A stretch of 64,000 nt of DNA from Marsupella aquatica (taxonomy: Eukaryota > Plantae > Marchantiophyta). The notes under the pieces are model-generated. The model saw only the letters and a program-made list of their open reading frames with translations. It searched no databases and was not told the DNA's origin. Each line of letters begins with the position of its first letter. Position 1 is the stretch's first letter. The translations under genes and the position numbers were made by a program. The stretch spans positions 23,165,168-23,229,167 of the forward strand of contig OZ316892.1 of NCBI GenBank assembly GCA_973895155.1, read 5' to 3'. Shown here one piece after another: positions 63,484 through 64,000 of this stretch.

Positions 63484-64000
63484 AGCTTTTCAATATCACG
63501 CTTCCTAATCAATGTTCTGTTTATATTTGCCACAAAATTTTTAGATCACCTGCATTTTACTAAAAAACAAAAAATGAAGCATGTTCCAAGATGAACATGC
63601 TATATCCAAAAATGATTGGATGAAATGGATCACAAAGTGATCAATCTATTTGTGAATGTGATGTACACGTATATGTAACTATAGTTCATGACCAAAGTCT
63701 ACAATTCATGACCTATCTAGTAGGTTGAAACAATAGGCTGTATTTCCTCTAGTAACATCACTTTTACGGACTCCCATGGGAAGCTCCTTCCAAAATTCCT
63801 CCCCGAGAGCTCGTACAGCCACATCGGTAATGGTACTGTTTGTCACAAACAAGAAACACTTGTTATGCAAGAAAAACCAAACATGACTATTAGTGTTTGA
63901 GACAAGTCAAAGAAAAACAGTTACTGTAACTTCTAATTGTGCAAACAATGAAAAACTGAAATGCAACATTTCAAATACACAAAGAAAGGAGTGAATAGGG

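Overview
Eukaryotic land-plant nuclear DNA: spliceosomal GT-AG introns and plant-type genes. A non-seed plant such as a bryophyte is plausible, but that is inference. Host genes: (1) a large coiled-coil protein whose first visible exon is open from the window start, with 4 further small exons to 5661; (2) a minus-strand membrane protein of the plant 'NST1-like' (At3g51640-type) family, here carrying a C-terminal U-box (14600-10358); (3) NatC catalytic subunit NAA30/MAK3 with a His/Cys-rich tail (33391-34898); (4) a non-specific lipid transfer protein (39774-); (5) a CFIm68/CPSF6-like RRM protein (47720-45330). Mobile elements: a full-length but mutated Bianca-type Ty1/copia with 107-bp LTRs (19629-26778), a 5'-truncated RLE-type (CRE-like) LINE, a probable non-autonomous Helitron, two MITEs and a 9.2-kb Mutator-like element with 359-bp TIRs (54286-63483). 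The last encodes a spliced MULE/SWIM transposase resembling the domesticated At4g13970/At1g60560-type proteins, plus two convergent cargo genes: a stand-alone RPA70-C-like OB fold and an unknown multi-exon gene. A ~710-bp inverted duplication gives the divergent U-box gene and NAA30 the same upstream/5' leader sequence. All homology calls are from motif recognition, not database searches.
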